Assembly: GCF_006345805.1 (NCBI RefSeq)
Contig: NC_043002.1
Coordinates: 2,232,001-2,296,000, forward strand
Source: Octopus sinensis
Lineage: Eukaryota
Reading direction: 5' to 3'
DNA: 64,000 nucleotides
Below, piece after piece: positions 1-13,119 of the stretch. Position numbers and translations under genes: made by a program. Positions within the stretch are counted from its first letter, which is position 1, and each line of letters begins with the position of its first letter. The notes below the pieces were generated by a model. That model saw only the letters and a list, made by a program, of their open reading frames with translations. It had not been told where the DNA came from and searched no databases.

Positions 1-140
1 ATCTCTTACCGAATTAAATCAATTTGCTGTTACTCCCAATTTCACTAACAAGTTTTGAGTCGTTTAGGTTGAGACAAAATTCTCTTAAATTAAGATGGCG
101 CATTTAAATTGTTCTCTTCATCATTGGATAAATTTAAACG

Positions 141-181
<41 letters not shown>

Positions 182-341
182 CATATTATATTAATATTAT
201 ATAATATTATATAATATTATATAATATTTGTATATATATATATACATATTTATAAAATACATATATATATACATATAATATTATTCATCTCTCACCAGAA
301 TGAGTACATTTTTGTTCATCTTACCTTCATAGAATATACTA

Positions 342-1030
342 TACACGTGGTGATATCACCAAGTCCCCGGACTAGTTCTGTAGCACGCTAACAGGTGGCA
401 GCACACGGTTGCCTACGTAGTAAGAGCTAGCAATGACCTCCGTGAGACAGTTTGCCGAGTAACATTGTTGCGTTTACTTCGCAAGTTCTGAAATTTGTGC
501 TTTTGTCATCACGTGTATGCTGTAGATTGCGATTTTGTCAAGGACAGGAAGTTGGAAGAAAGAACCAGCGTGAAAGTTTCTACTACAAAGACATTGAGCA
601 TGCTTCAGCAAGCTTATGGCGATGAGGCAATGGGCCGTACGCAATGTTTTGAGTGAAACGTGCGCTTCAAAAGTGGAAGAATACCCCTGTTCTCTGGAAG
701 ACGACGAGTGATATGGAAGACCTGCCACGAGGGTCACCCCCGGAAAGGTGGAGAAAATTCATGAGCTTGTGTATGAGAATCTTCGAAGGACAATCAATGA
801 CTTTTTAAAGCGTTGGAGCCGAAAGTGACCGGATCCGGAGAGTGAATAATTGGATTCTTCACTACGACAATGTACCCTGTGACCGAGATCTGCTCATTCG
901 TGAGTTTCTCGCCCAAAACAACTTGGTATTGCTGAGGACTTTCACCTCCTCTTGAAAGGTCGCCGATTTAACAACGTTTTCGAGATCCAGAGCGAATCGC
1001 AGAAGGTCCTAGACTAGCTTTCGGGAAATC
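342..1030 (+). mobile_element. Decayed, internally deleted mariner (Tc1/mariner) transposon
   Basis: Starts with a mariner-like end (TACACGTGGTGAT..) after TA. Manual translation gives the N-terminal HTH region MLQQAYGDEAMGRTQCFE*..FKSGR..LEDDE*YGRPAT, then WILHYDNVP..IREFLAQNN and LKGRRFNNVFEIQSESQKVLD, with stops and large deletions. Confidence 0.85.
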
Positions 1031-1034
1031 TCAC

Positions 1035-1098
<64 letters not shown>

Positions 1099-1219
1099 TA
1101 TATATTAATCAATATAGGGTGGCAAAAGATTTTGTAGAATTTTTTTGCCACCAGCGGCCTAGCGGGAAAAAATTAAATAGTCATAGACCATTTTTAAGTT
1201 CCTTGATTGTGATATATAT

Positions 1220-1256
<37 letters not shown>

Positions 1257-2989
1257 GCATATATATGCATATATATAAAGCTGTATTATTAGCGTCATTA
1301 ACGATGATATTAATAAGGTAATAATAGAATGGCTAACAAGTTCGCATTGTTACAGGCACAATATAAGCTAAATTTAGATTCAATTCGATATATAATACCA
1401 GTTGCTAAAATCAGAGCCGAGGCTCCAGAACCACGAATAAAGATACACACGAGCAATGCAATGAACGGATGAGAAATAGACTTACCTTTGTGTTGAATAC
1501 ATCAGTAAGAAATGTATATTTCAATACCAATTGATTTCACCTTCTGTTTGGCCAACATTCTCTGGGATCTTCAGTTGAAAATAACATTTTAACATCTTTT
1601 TCTAAAATATTCACTATATTCGCTCGTGTGCGTTCCTTACTTTAAAAGTCCCGCTCCGTTTGAAAGAAAACTATGTTGAGTAAGAATAAGTTTAAATAAA
1701 GATGTATTATTACCGTTATTAATGATAAGGTAATAAGGTAATATTGTGCCTAAAACGGTGTGAACTTGCTATTATTTATTTATGTATTCATCTGAGGGAT
1801 GAAACAATGACTGCGTCTTTCTCAATTTGTAGAATATACCGGTACCACGAAACGGTGTATTGCATACAGAGATATCCAAAAGGGATTGTTTAAGTTTTGA
1901 TATACCAAGGTGTCTTTAAGAGGTAAGACAAGATAGTAAGACAACAGGCAATTATCGTTCCGATGGTAATGAGGAATTGACAATGAGCCATAACAGCTCG
2001 AAAAACGATACAGAGACCACACCAACGTTATTGATTGAGCGTGTGTGCTTACGATGGTGTTTTACTAAAATCTCTTGTCCGATTTAAGATGAGGGGGAGT
2101 CGTGTCAATAGCGCCGAGGTACAATTGTTTCAGTCGGATTTTCGACCTTATTCGAAGCCTCACCGATTCTTCCTCCCAACATTTTCGTATTCTAGACGTC
2201 TAGATAAAGAAAATGAAATAATAACCTCGAAAATGGCCGGGGTAGCGCTTAAGACTGTTACTAAACGCTTCATTTAAAAGTCCTTATTTTGAAGGCTAGA
2301 GATAAGGGTCCGGTGGTCTGGTATTACTAAAGAATGGTTTACATTTAACACAAATAATTTTACTTCAAAGTTTGAAGGCAAAAAAGAAGTGATTATTGTA
2401 ACTTAATTTAGAATTAAAAACCCAGGTGAAATGATTGCAACATTTATTTCTGCAGAAGAGATGTTTCTTTATATTTCAGAATCGGTAAAAATGCTCTATT
2501 TCTGTTGATGAGAAAATATTTTAAGAAAACAAACTGAGCAGCAATGGGATCAAAGTTTGGTTGAATTGATTAAGTATTTAATTAAGTAACATGTAATTTC
2601 TGATTGAAATTGTATGAAAGGCCTACTTTGTCACAAGAATCTCTTCCCATTCTAATTCTGACCCCATAACAATTGAAACCCCTTCCGTAACTCCATCAAA
2701 AGAAACGACCAATGTAGATAGACTGAATACTGTCATTAACGAAGATGATGAAAGCAATCAAGATATCGTCCAATCGTCTTATGATCTAAAAAATATTATT
2801 AAAGACATGAAAATATTTGGAATTCTTGGACAGCAAACAGATTCTGGTCTTGAGGACTAATCTTTCAACTTCCACCGAAGTGTTTCATCAAGATTCTTGA
2901 AACAGTTTTATGCAAAGGGTGCCTTATGCCTTGGAGACATTAGGACCAGCTGTAGAACTGCTCAACCCCAAGTCCACAAGACCCGGTCA

Positions 2990-3470
2990 CAAAACACGAT
3001 GCCCCCATCATGGAAATATGTGGAAGTTTCCTAAGAGGAAGTAAAATGTAGATTCCGTGTGGACAGCAGCTACCGAACAGCGGTCTTTTTGGAAATGGCA
3101 CAGGAGATTGTAAGGCAACTGACCTGGCTTCATCAGACATTGAGTTTGAGCAACATGTACCAGCACTCGAGACCACCGTAAACAACAAATGATCCAGCGT
3201 GGCCACCTCTGACACCTCTCTATGTCAGACCAGTGGTTACTACCGATGCCCTAGAGTATCATGGAGTTGGCGCAGATGTTTTCAAGAAACAACTTGATCA
3301 CCTGATGTCCAAGGTCCCGGATGAACCTGCAAGAAATTCAAAAGGGGGCAGCAACGTGAAAGTCCCTTTCTTCGCCAAAAGCCAATCGCATAAGAATTGC
3401 CATTGAAAAGTTGATTACGCTGGCATTGCCCCCAGCATGGTCACGGCCTTTGAGATGAAACAGAAAATAA
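2990..3470 (+). mobile_element. 3' fragment of a CR1-clade LINE
   Basis: Translation HGVGADVFKKQLDHLMSKVPDEP matches the C-termini seen at 12960-13083 and 28600-28730. Confidence 0.65.
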
Positions 3471-3561
3471 TTAAAGAATTCTGGAAAGGTGTTAAAGATT
3501 TGAACACAAGTATCCATGGTTTATGTTTATGGAATAAGTTTTTGTATTAATTCTTCATTTG

Positions 3562-3592
<31 letters not shown>

Positions 3593-4354
3593 TGTGTGTG
3601 TGTGTGTCCAACATTCTAATTAATGTGTTGGAATTTTTCTTCTCTTGATTCTGAGGATGAACCCAGGGAAATTGTGAAGCGATCACGGTGTCTAATTAGC
3701 GTTGCTCTTAACTGGTCCATAAGTGATGGAATCAGAACTTCGATGATTGCTAAGGATTACAATAACTATATGTCATAATGGCGGATACCTAGTGAATGGC
3801 AGGCAACTCTGATGCAGTAGTCAGGTTTGGATTGTCTTTCTTTTCTGAGAAAGGCAGCAAAATCAATAATTTCAATAAAATTTATTAAATACACTTCATT
3901 AATTGTAAAATCTAGTGATAGCTCTTTTGGTGGTATCAGAATGGAAGTTCAGCTTAATTATTCAGAGGCACAGAGGTTGTTGCAATATCTGTAGTTTCTC
4001 ATAAAGCTAAAGATGACAGTTGTATGTTTCAGAGAATTCGAAAGGTCCACATCATGTTTGCTCCGGGTTATAATGAGTAGATGAAGTCTAACGAATGACC
4101 TGTTTACGCGCTTGTACCATGTCATAAGAAAACTTCTGCGTAGTTACACCGAATTTAAATTGATATAAAAATTAATGGACGACTTATTCATTGCTATGAA
4201 CGACTGAAACTTTACACCATATGTAAATGTGACCTCATATGAATATGTTGACTGTCCGACATATTGAATGGTTATAGACCAGTATATCATATAACAATCG
4301 CCCTGCCAACAGCCGTACAAAATGTTGAGAAGTATTTTTTTTCCGAATTGATAA

Positions 4355-4500
4355 GTTCTGAGTTGAAATTCCGCTGATATCAACTTTGTCTTTAATCCTG
4401 TCTGGGACGATAAAATGGAGAACCAATGAAGTACAGGGATCGAAGTAATCGATTTGTGCCCCCTTTCAAAAAGGCCGGCCTTGGGCCAAAGTTGTAAGAA
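4355..4500 (+). mobile_element. Degenerate tRNA-derived SINE (family of the 35420-36380 array)
   Basis: GTTCTGAGTTGAAATTCCGC..CAACTTTGTCTTTAATCCT..CGATAAAAT matches the better-preserved copies. Confidence 0.6.
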
Positions 4501-4734
4501 TTATTATTCCTACCCTAAGCATGCGCCTGTAGATTGGAGAGAAATATTTGGGAGAAAGCCTGTGCTTTTTGTAGCCAAGGTAATCCTGGATCTGTAGGGT
4601 TCCTTGATTGGCCCTAGTTGGAGTTTATCTTGTATCAGGTCTGCATAAGTCATGTTTTCACGTACTTTTTATACGATGCGAACTTTTATCAAATTGTTGT
4701 CTGCCCTTATCAATGCCCTGTGGCTAATAAAATT

Positions 4735-4778
4735 ATTGTTGTTGTTGTTGTTGTTGATGTTATTATCATTGTTATCAT

Positions 4779-4831
<53 letters not shown>

Positions 4832-4903
4832 TAGTAGTAGTAGTGGTGGTGGTTGCATCATCGTCATCGTCGTCATTCTTCACATCATCATCATTATCAT
4901 CAG

Positions 4904-4946
<43 letters not shown>

Positions 4947-4950
4947 GTCA
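4735..4950. repeat. Compound trinucleotide microsatellite (GTT)n/(AGT)n/(CAT)n
   Basis: Read directly; source of the poly-S/V ORF 4618-5007. Confidence 0.95.
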
Positions 4951-6336
4951 TCTAATCATTTCTTAGTTTCAGTCACACCAGTTACAATGCAGAAGAGAGC
5001 CGCCTAGTTCAACTTTACTCGATGTCGAATTTCTTGGAAACAAGACAGAAATAACATTTTTATAAAATGTCATTGAACTTCAATCGATACTATAACAATG
5101 ATAATTTCCACAAACATCAACACCGCTCCCTCCCCCTCCCACTCTCTCTCGCTCTCGTTTTCTCTTTCAACTTCTCTTTCTTTCCCCCTCTCACTCTCTC
5201 TCTCTCACTCTCCATCGACACCGTTTTCTTGTCTTCCTTTCATTAAGCTCACGTACACTTTAATAATACTACCACTCATAGTAAGCCACTCTCGCTTTCA
5301 AATGATATTTCGCTAACATAAATCTAAAAAGGTCTTCGAGTTCCTACACAGAATGTGTAGAATTGTTCTGTAAATCTTTTACTTTGCTGAACAAAGAAAT
5401 CTGTGACTTTTACTGACGCAAGCATTTAGACATATTTTTTGAAAGCTTATAGATCTACTTTTACTGATCTAACGCAGCATTAGAAGTATTGTGCAGTTTT
5501 GCAGTTAGATGTAATCTTGTAGTGTACAATTCTTAGTAGCATTGTAATGTATTATGTAGCATTGTCTAGTGAATGTTGAAATTGCTGCTGTATATTTTGT
5601 ATATCTTCAAAGAGACTATTTTGTGCAGCTGACTACGTTATAGAAATTTATGTTCTGACCTCCGGAATAAACATGAATAGCCATGTTTTATAGAACTACA
5701 TTATCGAAACTTGTACCAGAAATAACAACTGTCGTCTTACATGCGCTGAAATTGGTGTAATTTTCCTTATATATGTCAGATATGTTGATGGGTTGTCCTG
5801 GATTTATCTAACGACTAGAAAATGATACACGTTTATTTGGCCTGTAAAGTATTTAAAATCTTTAGACAGAGGGGCGATAAGCGTTTCGAGATAAACGAGT
5901 GTTCATCCAACCCCATAGCACTAATTTCATGGGCGTGTTTCCCTGTAGATTCTGTTAGCAATTAAATTGGCCCTCTTAAACATTGCTAAACTCATACAAA
6001 CCAAAATTTCACATCCGGCAGTTTGCCAGCTTTTCACACATGAATATAAAGATGATTTTCAAAAGAAAGGTACTCTGACAGACAAGCCATAATGCCTATC
6101 TAACATTTGCTACTTTCAATTTTTGTTGAATGTACAACTCAAGGCAACCAGACTTTAAATATATGAGCAGATCATTAAAAGGAATTATTGATATTCTTCC
6201 ACAGAATATTTGAAAGGCATTCAGGAGAAATAAGTCGCGGGTGTTTTTTTTTAATATATATCTTTTTTTAATATATTTTTTAATATATCTTCTATACAGA
6301 CATACATGTATGCGTGTGTGTATGTATGCACATGCG

Positions 6337-6389
<53 letters not shown>

Positions 6390-6407
6390 TGTGTGTGTGT
6401 GTGTGTT

Positions 6408-6448
<41 letters not shown>

Positions 6449-7249
6449 CAAAAACACAATAGAGTGCATTAAAACGTTTGGACAGATCGACGATACAAAG
6501 GTAGGCAAGAAGAACAACAATTAGAAGGACAGATATAAGGAAGGCGGGTCATTCTTGGCTTTCTTTCTTCAGTCAAGTCCCAGAAGTCACGATCATTTCG
6601 GGCAGTTACACTTGAGATGGTTCGATCTGGTTTCCCCCAAAAAAAATCTAAGCTAAGAGCATTAGACCCCTTTGTAAGAAAGCTGCCGTATTTGTACGAC
6701 AGCAAAGACAAAAAAACAATAAACAAAAAAGGCGGAGAACATGGTACACAACTGCGAATACAAACAACGAGGAATAACAACAGGCGTCTTTCGACTGAGA
6801 ACGAATCAAATCCACATAAATGTATACATACATATGTTTAAGACAAATTACACTTTGAATATTGCATACATTCAAGCATTTAATATTTTCTCAATAATAT
6901 TGAAAGTTACCTCGAAAGAATTCGATCACACATAGAACCTAATCTTAAGGGTTTCGATTCGATCTACTCATTTTCGTCGCTCGATCATCTTCACTTTGTC
7001 CAGGGCCTTCGTAACTCGCAGTTGACTATTTGCCTACCGCCCTATGTACAGACAAAAGCCAGGTTTTTTTATTTATTCATTAAGGAAAACCTAGAAACGC
7101 CCATGCATGTAAATTACTTCACACCTGATTATGTTAACCAATGGAAAGGCCGCCTGCCTTAGTACCGAGCAAATGTGGCGCCAGAGTTCGTGCAAACCTA
7201 CCTGGTAGAACACAAACATACAAGACATATACCTCACGGTATTCTGCTT

Positions 7250-7410
7250 GATACCCTAACAGTTCCATCAATCCACTGCCTTTGCTTGGTAAATTTTCAT
7301 TGAATTCGAAACGAAGGTTAAAGTTGGCCTTGACACGATTTGGACTCATTACGTGAGGTATTCTCTTTGAAGTGCTAACGACACTGCCAGCTCGCCGCCT
7401 TCTTCACCTG
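7250..7410 (-). mobile_element. Degenerate tRNA-derived SINE head
   Basis: Minus strand reads AAGGCGGCGAGCTGGCAGTGTCGTTAGCAC..GAGTCCAAATC..GGCCAACTTT. Confidence 0.6.
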
Positions 7411-8067
7411 CCTATAAAAGTAGGTGTAGGTGTCGAGGGGCCACAGTTGGTACCCATTAACCAAAACTATACTTCATTCTTAGCTAAACAAACAAGAAAT
7501 TACTAGATCTATGTGGTACACCTGAAACCTCTGGAGAATCACATGATCATCTGGGTAATTAACAAAAGTTTAATCACCTTACCACACTCTAATACATTTA
7601 CCCAGTTCTACAAATTACTTTGTTCGAGATAATATCAATCAAACATTTTTCTGTAAACTACTGAGGCTTCGAAATAGCATTAGTTGAATATATTTCCTGA
7701 TAATCTTAATTAACTTCCCGGCTTCTAGGCTTACTTCGTTGGAAAATGGATTTTGTTGTTTTGTTTACGTGGGTTTTGTGGGGAATTATTATTTTTTTTA
7801 CGAATCCCTCTTATTTTCTCCGGATTAATTCATACAAGATGTATTTTTATAGATGAAATCCTTAAAAAAGAAAACTGTAATTTCATTTCTTACAACAAAC
7901 AGAAAGTTATGGTTGTATTCTATTTACACTCATCCATCTTTATTACGAACTACAAAATCGCTGTGTGATTTCTATATCACTGTACAGCTGTGATAAACTG
8001 ATAAAATAGCTGTCTATGTCTCTCATTCTTTCTCAATTTCTCTCTCGTTCTCTTTCTGTCTATCTGA

Positions 8068-8129
<62 letters not shown>

Positions 8130-8171
8130 ACACACACACACACACTATATGTGTGTATATATGTATATATA

Positions 8172-8227
<56 letters not shown>

Positions 8228-8542
8228 TTATATGTATGTATGAATGTATGTATGTATATTAATGTATTTACATCGAATATAAAAATACGGAATACTAAGA
8301 AGAGAAGAAGATACGTAATTTCTAAACTCGGCAGCTGTTTCAGAATTGCTGGAATTTAGGTAATAATGGTAAACTTCATAACCTGCAGGTGGAGAATGCA
8401 GGCACCATGGGTGTGCAACTAGTAAACAGATACAAGGAGATATTACAAGATTTCCGGCTTCCTTCGTCAAGAGAAGGTTGGCAAAATCGATTCTTATAGT
8501 AGTTCCAGAGATTTAAAGGTTGAAGGGAAAGAAGCGAACGAG

Positions 8543-8564
8543 AGAGAGAGAGAGAGCGAGGGAA

Positions 8565-8655
<91 letters not shown>
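8543..8655. repeat. (GA)n/(GATA)n microsatellite
   Basis: Read directly. Confidence 0.95.
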
Positions 8656-9063
8656 TTAATTGTTTCTACTTTTGGCAGGAGGTCGGGAATTTTGTTAGGG
8701 GGTTGACTATATTGACCCCAATGTTGAATGGTACTTTATTGTGTCGATCAGAAAAAACATGAGGAACAAACTTGAGATTGGCGACACATTTGGACTCAAA
8801 TGGTTAAAAAATCGGAATAAACGCAGCTAAACATTTTGCTCGACGCACTAACTATTCCATAAGTTCAACTTACGCACACTCACACATGCATATACACTTA
8901 TTTTTGTAAGCCTAGTACTTACTTAATCGGTCTTAATATATATATTGTTATATTTCGGAATAGTCATTTTGCCAGTTTAGCCAATAAAAACACACGCACT
9001 ATATATTTGGTGTTATTTTGCTTCAGTGTTATTTATTTTTTACATTAATCTTAATCTTATTTC

Positions 9064-9108
9064 GGCCAGAGTTCTTTCGTCACACTCCTGTGACCGCATC
9101 AGTGGTCC
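9064..9108 (-). ncRNA. Minimal type I hammerhead ribozyme motif (A9-to-C variant)
   Basis: GGACCA CUGAUGC G GUCAC-AGGAGU-GUGAC GAAA GAAC UC / UGGCC; predicted cleavage between 9069 and 9068. Confidence 0.7.
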
Positions 9109-9494
9109 TTTGTTTTCTTCTTTCTTATTTGTGTCTCCCCTTACTAACCGTCAGCCATTTTGTATTTCTATTGTATGTCTTCATTTGCGCATGCTTATAT
9201 CTCTATGTGCGTTTATGTTTATTTAGTGTGTGTATGTGGGGGGATGCCTGTAATATTTGTATCTTCTGTTTATATATGTTTATGTAATTTGTATTTTGTT
9301 TTTGTTTTTGTTGTTTTTGTTTATTCTTATTTTGTTCATGTGTTTACATCCACTTATTATTATCATTACATATGCTTGTATGTATAACAACAATACTAGT
9401 AATAACAATAATAAATCGAATCGAAAAAAAAATTATAAATAAAAAAATTAATTTTAAAAAAAAATATATATATATATACACATATATATATATA

Positions 9495-9531
<37 letters not shown>

Positions 9532-9589
9532 TTTATTTCTATTAGTTTATTTATCTGTGTATTTATTATGTTTTCAGGATCCTCTATCG

Positions 9590-11835
9590 TCATATGTTGT
9601 GGTGTGTGTTAGTGCTCCATTCTAGTTTTCTATTCAGGCTAGGTTTATTTTCTATAATGTGTGTAGCTTCTGTAATTTGTCTAATTGTTGCATCTGATCT
9701 ATGTGTGGATAATATTTTAATTTCTATGTTATTGATTGACCCCCCGTGTTCCTGTTCGGCGTGTTGGTATAGAATCGATGAACTTTTACCTTCCTTGAGT
9801 TGATCCAATGCTCATTTACCCGCTCTCATATGCTTCTTGCCGTTTCCCCTACGTATGTCGTTGTCTTGTAACTGCATCGTCCCTCTATACATCTTATACT
9901 ATAGACTACATTTCTGGCTTTACAGTTTGTTTGTGGGCTAAATCTACATACAGTACAGTACTTATCCGTATAGGGGGTTCTACTAAAAGGATAGGTTCTA
10001 CTAATTATAGATTTGATAGGGTTGCCTGGCTTTTCTACAACCTTAATTCTTAGCTTAAGTTTGTCTAGGGTCCTTCTAAAGCAGTACGCCAGTTCACCTC
10101 CAGGGGTTGTGTCAAGGAACATGACACTCTGGTATTTATGGCTATCATACCAAGAGTTGGCCTTCCCTATTTTCTTTTTTGTCCTTTCTATAGTGTTCCA
10201 TGACTTGTTCCTATAGAGTGGGCAAATCCCATTCCTATCATTACGTAATATATTATCAAATTTCTTAATGGCTCCTTTGTATACTCTGATCCTTTCTTTA
10301 TGGCTGTAACCTGAGAACTGCATGCGGTGAATGAAATATTGTATGTGTCTCTTTAACTCTGTAGGCTCGCACATGCGTGACACATTTCTCATTATTCTGA
10401 CGAGGTCTGCCATCAAAATATTGAATTTGGCATTGTCCGCAATGGCTGAGTTCCGGTGGAGCAAGTATTTTGAGGCCATAGGTTTGGCATAGTATGAATG
10501 AAGGATTTGGGTTTTATTATTCACAATTTCTAGCCAGAGTTCGGTGTCTAGTACTGGTAGTCTATGGTTGGGGTGTTTAGTGGGGTAGTCTATTCTGACC
10601 TTAATACTCTGGTGGATGGAGTTAGCTATTTGCTGGATGCTCTCCATAGTATTAGTTTCTATTACTATATCAACATTACTCTCTTGTGGGGATGCCTTTA
10701 CCACTATGTTGATATCAACAACATAGCGAGAGTACATGTTTACGAGTATGGAGTTCTGTGTTAGGCGTTCTTTAAGCCTTCTGTCCCACCATACCATGAA
10801 AAGGTTGGCCACATCACCAGCGATACTAACGCCGATGGCTGCCCCCTCGTCCTGGGCATATATTTTATTATTAAACTTAAACGTGTGGCCTTTTAGGGTA
10901 ACTCTTATACTAGCTCCTAGTGCATGTGCGATCATTTTCTTTATCTGATGGACATTTGCGGGGCTCCGTATGGCTCTGGTCCATCCGCGCCATCTTTCTA
11001 TATGTGTCTTCCTAGCCATAGAAGTAATTGTGGGCGGTCTACCTCTTAAACATCTACTGGGGCAGAAACTACTAAGATTATGTTTATCTAAGTATTCATT
11101 ATTACATGTCAGTCTAAGTAGGAGGCCCAGTTCTTCTGTGTTGACATTACAGAACTCCACCTGGCTCTCATTGATCATCTCCACGCACTTCTCCACCGCA
11201 AAATCTACGTCGATCGATGGGTATAGGGATACCACATCCATGCTACCCTCCATACATCCTGTCAGGTCACAAGTGCTGTTACAGTCATCGATCCTGCTGA
11301 GGAGATCTTCTGTGCTGTCACAAACATCAGGTGACATCCGGATTATTGGGCGTATGATCATTGAGAGGAAGTAGGAGATTCTGTAATTGCTAGCGATATT
11401 CGCTCCACAGATTGGTCTGTTGGTGGTCCTGCTATAGGGTCAGTAATTACTTGATGGTCCTTGCGAAGTCCATACAGTGCCGGGATATCATTGTTCCAGG
11501 TTGGAAATTATTTGCTGTACGTTTCTGGGGTCCCAGAACAATTGTCCACATCATCATGTGGGCGTTGAGGACCTTTTCTCTCTCCTCATGTGCCTCGACA
11601 GTTGTTATTTTTGTATTGGCGATATGAGGTTGCATTGCCTGGATGTAGTTCGGTAAGCTGTCTATTGACATCCTGCCGGACTTATCTGTGGAAAGGCATA
11701 CCACCTCTCCGTTCCTCGTGCGCTGAATGAGCTTATGTAGGCCACATGCAGGTTTAATCCCGAGTTGTTGGGCCTCTGTCTTATTCTGTCTCTGTCTCTT
11801 AGTGTATAATCCTAAAATCTGTCTAAGTTTGGTCC
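9590..11835 (-). pseudogene. PLE reverse transcriptase-GIY-YIG endonuclease ORF, disrupted
   Basis: STDKSG; GSMDVVSLYPSID; FNNKIYAQDEGAAIG; YSRYVVDI (catalytic YVDD mutated); Cys linker CTVC..NCKARNVVYSIRC; TYVGETARS; TIRQITEATHI..PSLNRK. Broken near 11361-11447 and 9808-9826. Confidence 0.9.
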
Positions 11836-12015
11836 TAGCCGAAATAAGATTAAGATTAATGTAAAAAATAAATAACACTGAAGCAAAATAACACCCAATA
11901 TATAGTGCGTGTGTTTTTATTGACTAAACTGGCAAAATGACCATTCCGAAATATAACAATATCTGTTTCAACATACGACTTCACATAAAAAATCTTACAC
12001 AACAAATATTTAAAC

Positions 12016-12093
<78 letters not shown>

Positions 12094-12140
12094 AATTGCT
12101 AATAGATACACATATACATACATGCATACATACATACATG

Positions 12141-12184
<44 letters not shown>

Positions 12185-12809
12185 ATATATATATACATAC
12201 ATGTATGTATGTATGCATGTATGTATATATGTATCTATTAGCAATTTAACAGCCTAAAGCCAAATTTATAGTCGTAACTAAAGTGAGAGAGGTTACAAAT
12301 TGGTACGGCGATTGCTAGAAATAAGAGCCAAATCGACGCATTAGCCAGCAGACCACTATCTTAATAAGCTGACAAAGAAGACAAAGCTCCCTACGGTCGC
12401 AGAAATAGACATATCACCGGGGATTTCGAATTTTGAAGCAAACCATGGAGAAACCCTTTTTTCCATCAAGGGTTTTTATGCCCCATTATTAGACTAGTTT
12501 CTTTAGTCATCGCACAATTATCGTTTTTAAGCTTTAAGCTTATAAAATACAATTATTATTATTATTTGCAGAATTCCAAAAATCGACGCTGTTTACCAAA
12601 ACTATTGCACACGCACACTCACGCATATATATATATATTGACACAAACCCTAGAGTCTTCTATAGATATGCAAGAGATTCTGCTTCAGTACGGTACAAAA
12701 TAGGGTCACTATTCGAAGAAAATATCTCAACGACTACAGTCCCCCGGGGTATCAGTGAAATACTGAATGTGCAATACAAGAGTGTTTGCACCACTCCACT
12801 AGGACACTT

Positions 12810-13083
12810 GCAAGTAGCTGGTTCTGTATTTTGATGGAGATGCTGGGATCATCGTCACTATATAGTGCCAGAGATCCCAGCATCGCCATCAAAATACAGG
12901 ACCAGATACTGCAACAGCTCGGGTTTCAAGGGCCCACAGCTCTTCAATATCCTTCTAAAATGCTTGAGAGACCTGCATGGTGTGGATATAGGGGTCTTTA
13001 AAACAAAGCTCGATCTCCTTCTGTCAAGGCCTCCAGATGAGCCTAACTCACGTCAGGAAACACAGTTGAGGGTAGCAGCATGA
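12810..13083 (+). mobile_element. 5'-truncated CR1-clade LINE with fold-back inverted 5' end
   Basis: IVPEIPASPSKYRTRYCNSSGFKGPQLFNILLKCLRDLHGVDIGVFKTKLDLLLSRPPDEP; 12818-12861 is an imperfect inverted copy of 12862-12905. Confidence 0.8.
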
Positions 13084-13119
13084 ATACGTTTAAGAAGCGC
13101 TCCGCTAGACCGTAACCCC

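Larger units (their letters stand above)
8942..11962 (-). mobile_element. Penelope-like retroelement, 5'-truncated, with about 125-bp terminal inverted repeats
   Basis: RT plus GIY-YIG ORF remnants at 9590-11835. 8942-9066 is the reverse complement of 11838-11962 (about 3 mismatches). An HHR motif lies in the 3' terminal repeat. Confidence 0.9.

Noticed and set aside
5330-5760. Minus-strand coiled-coil-like fragments (FEDIQNIQQQFQHSLDNA..)
   Set aside because: Multiple stops in all frames and no recognisable motif.
6530-6580. CUGAAGA..GAAAG motif on the minus strand next to a (TA)n-linked repeat
   Set aside because: Stem II, the second GAAA and the cleavage triplet cannot be formed; at most a decayed HHR.
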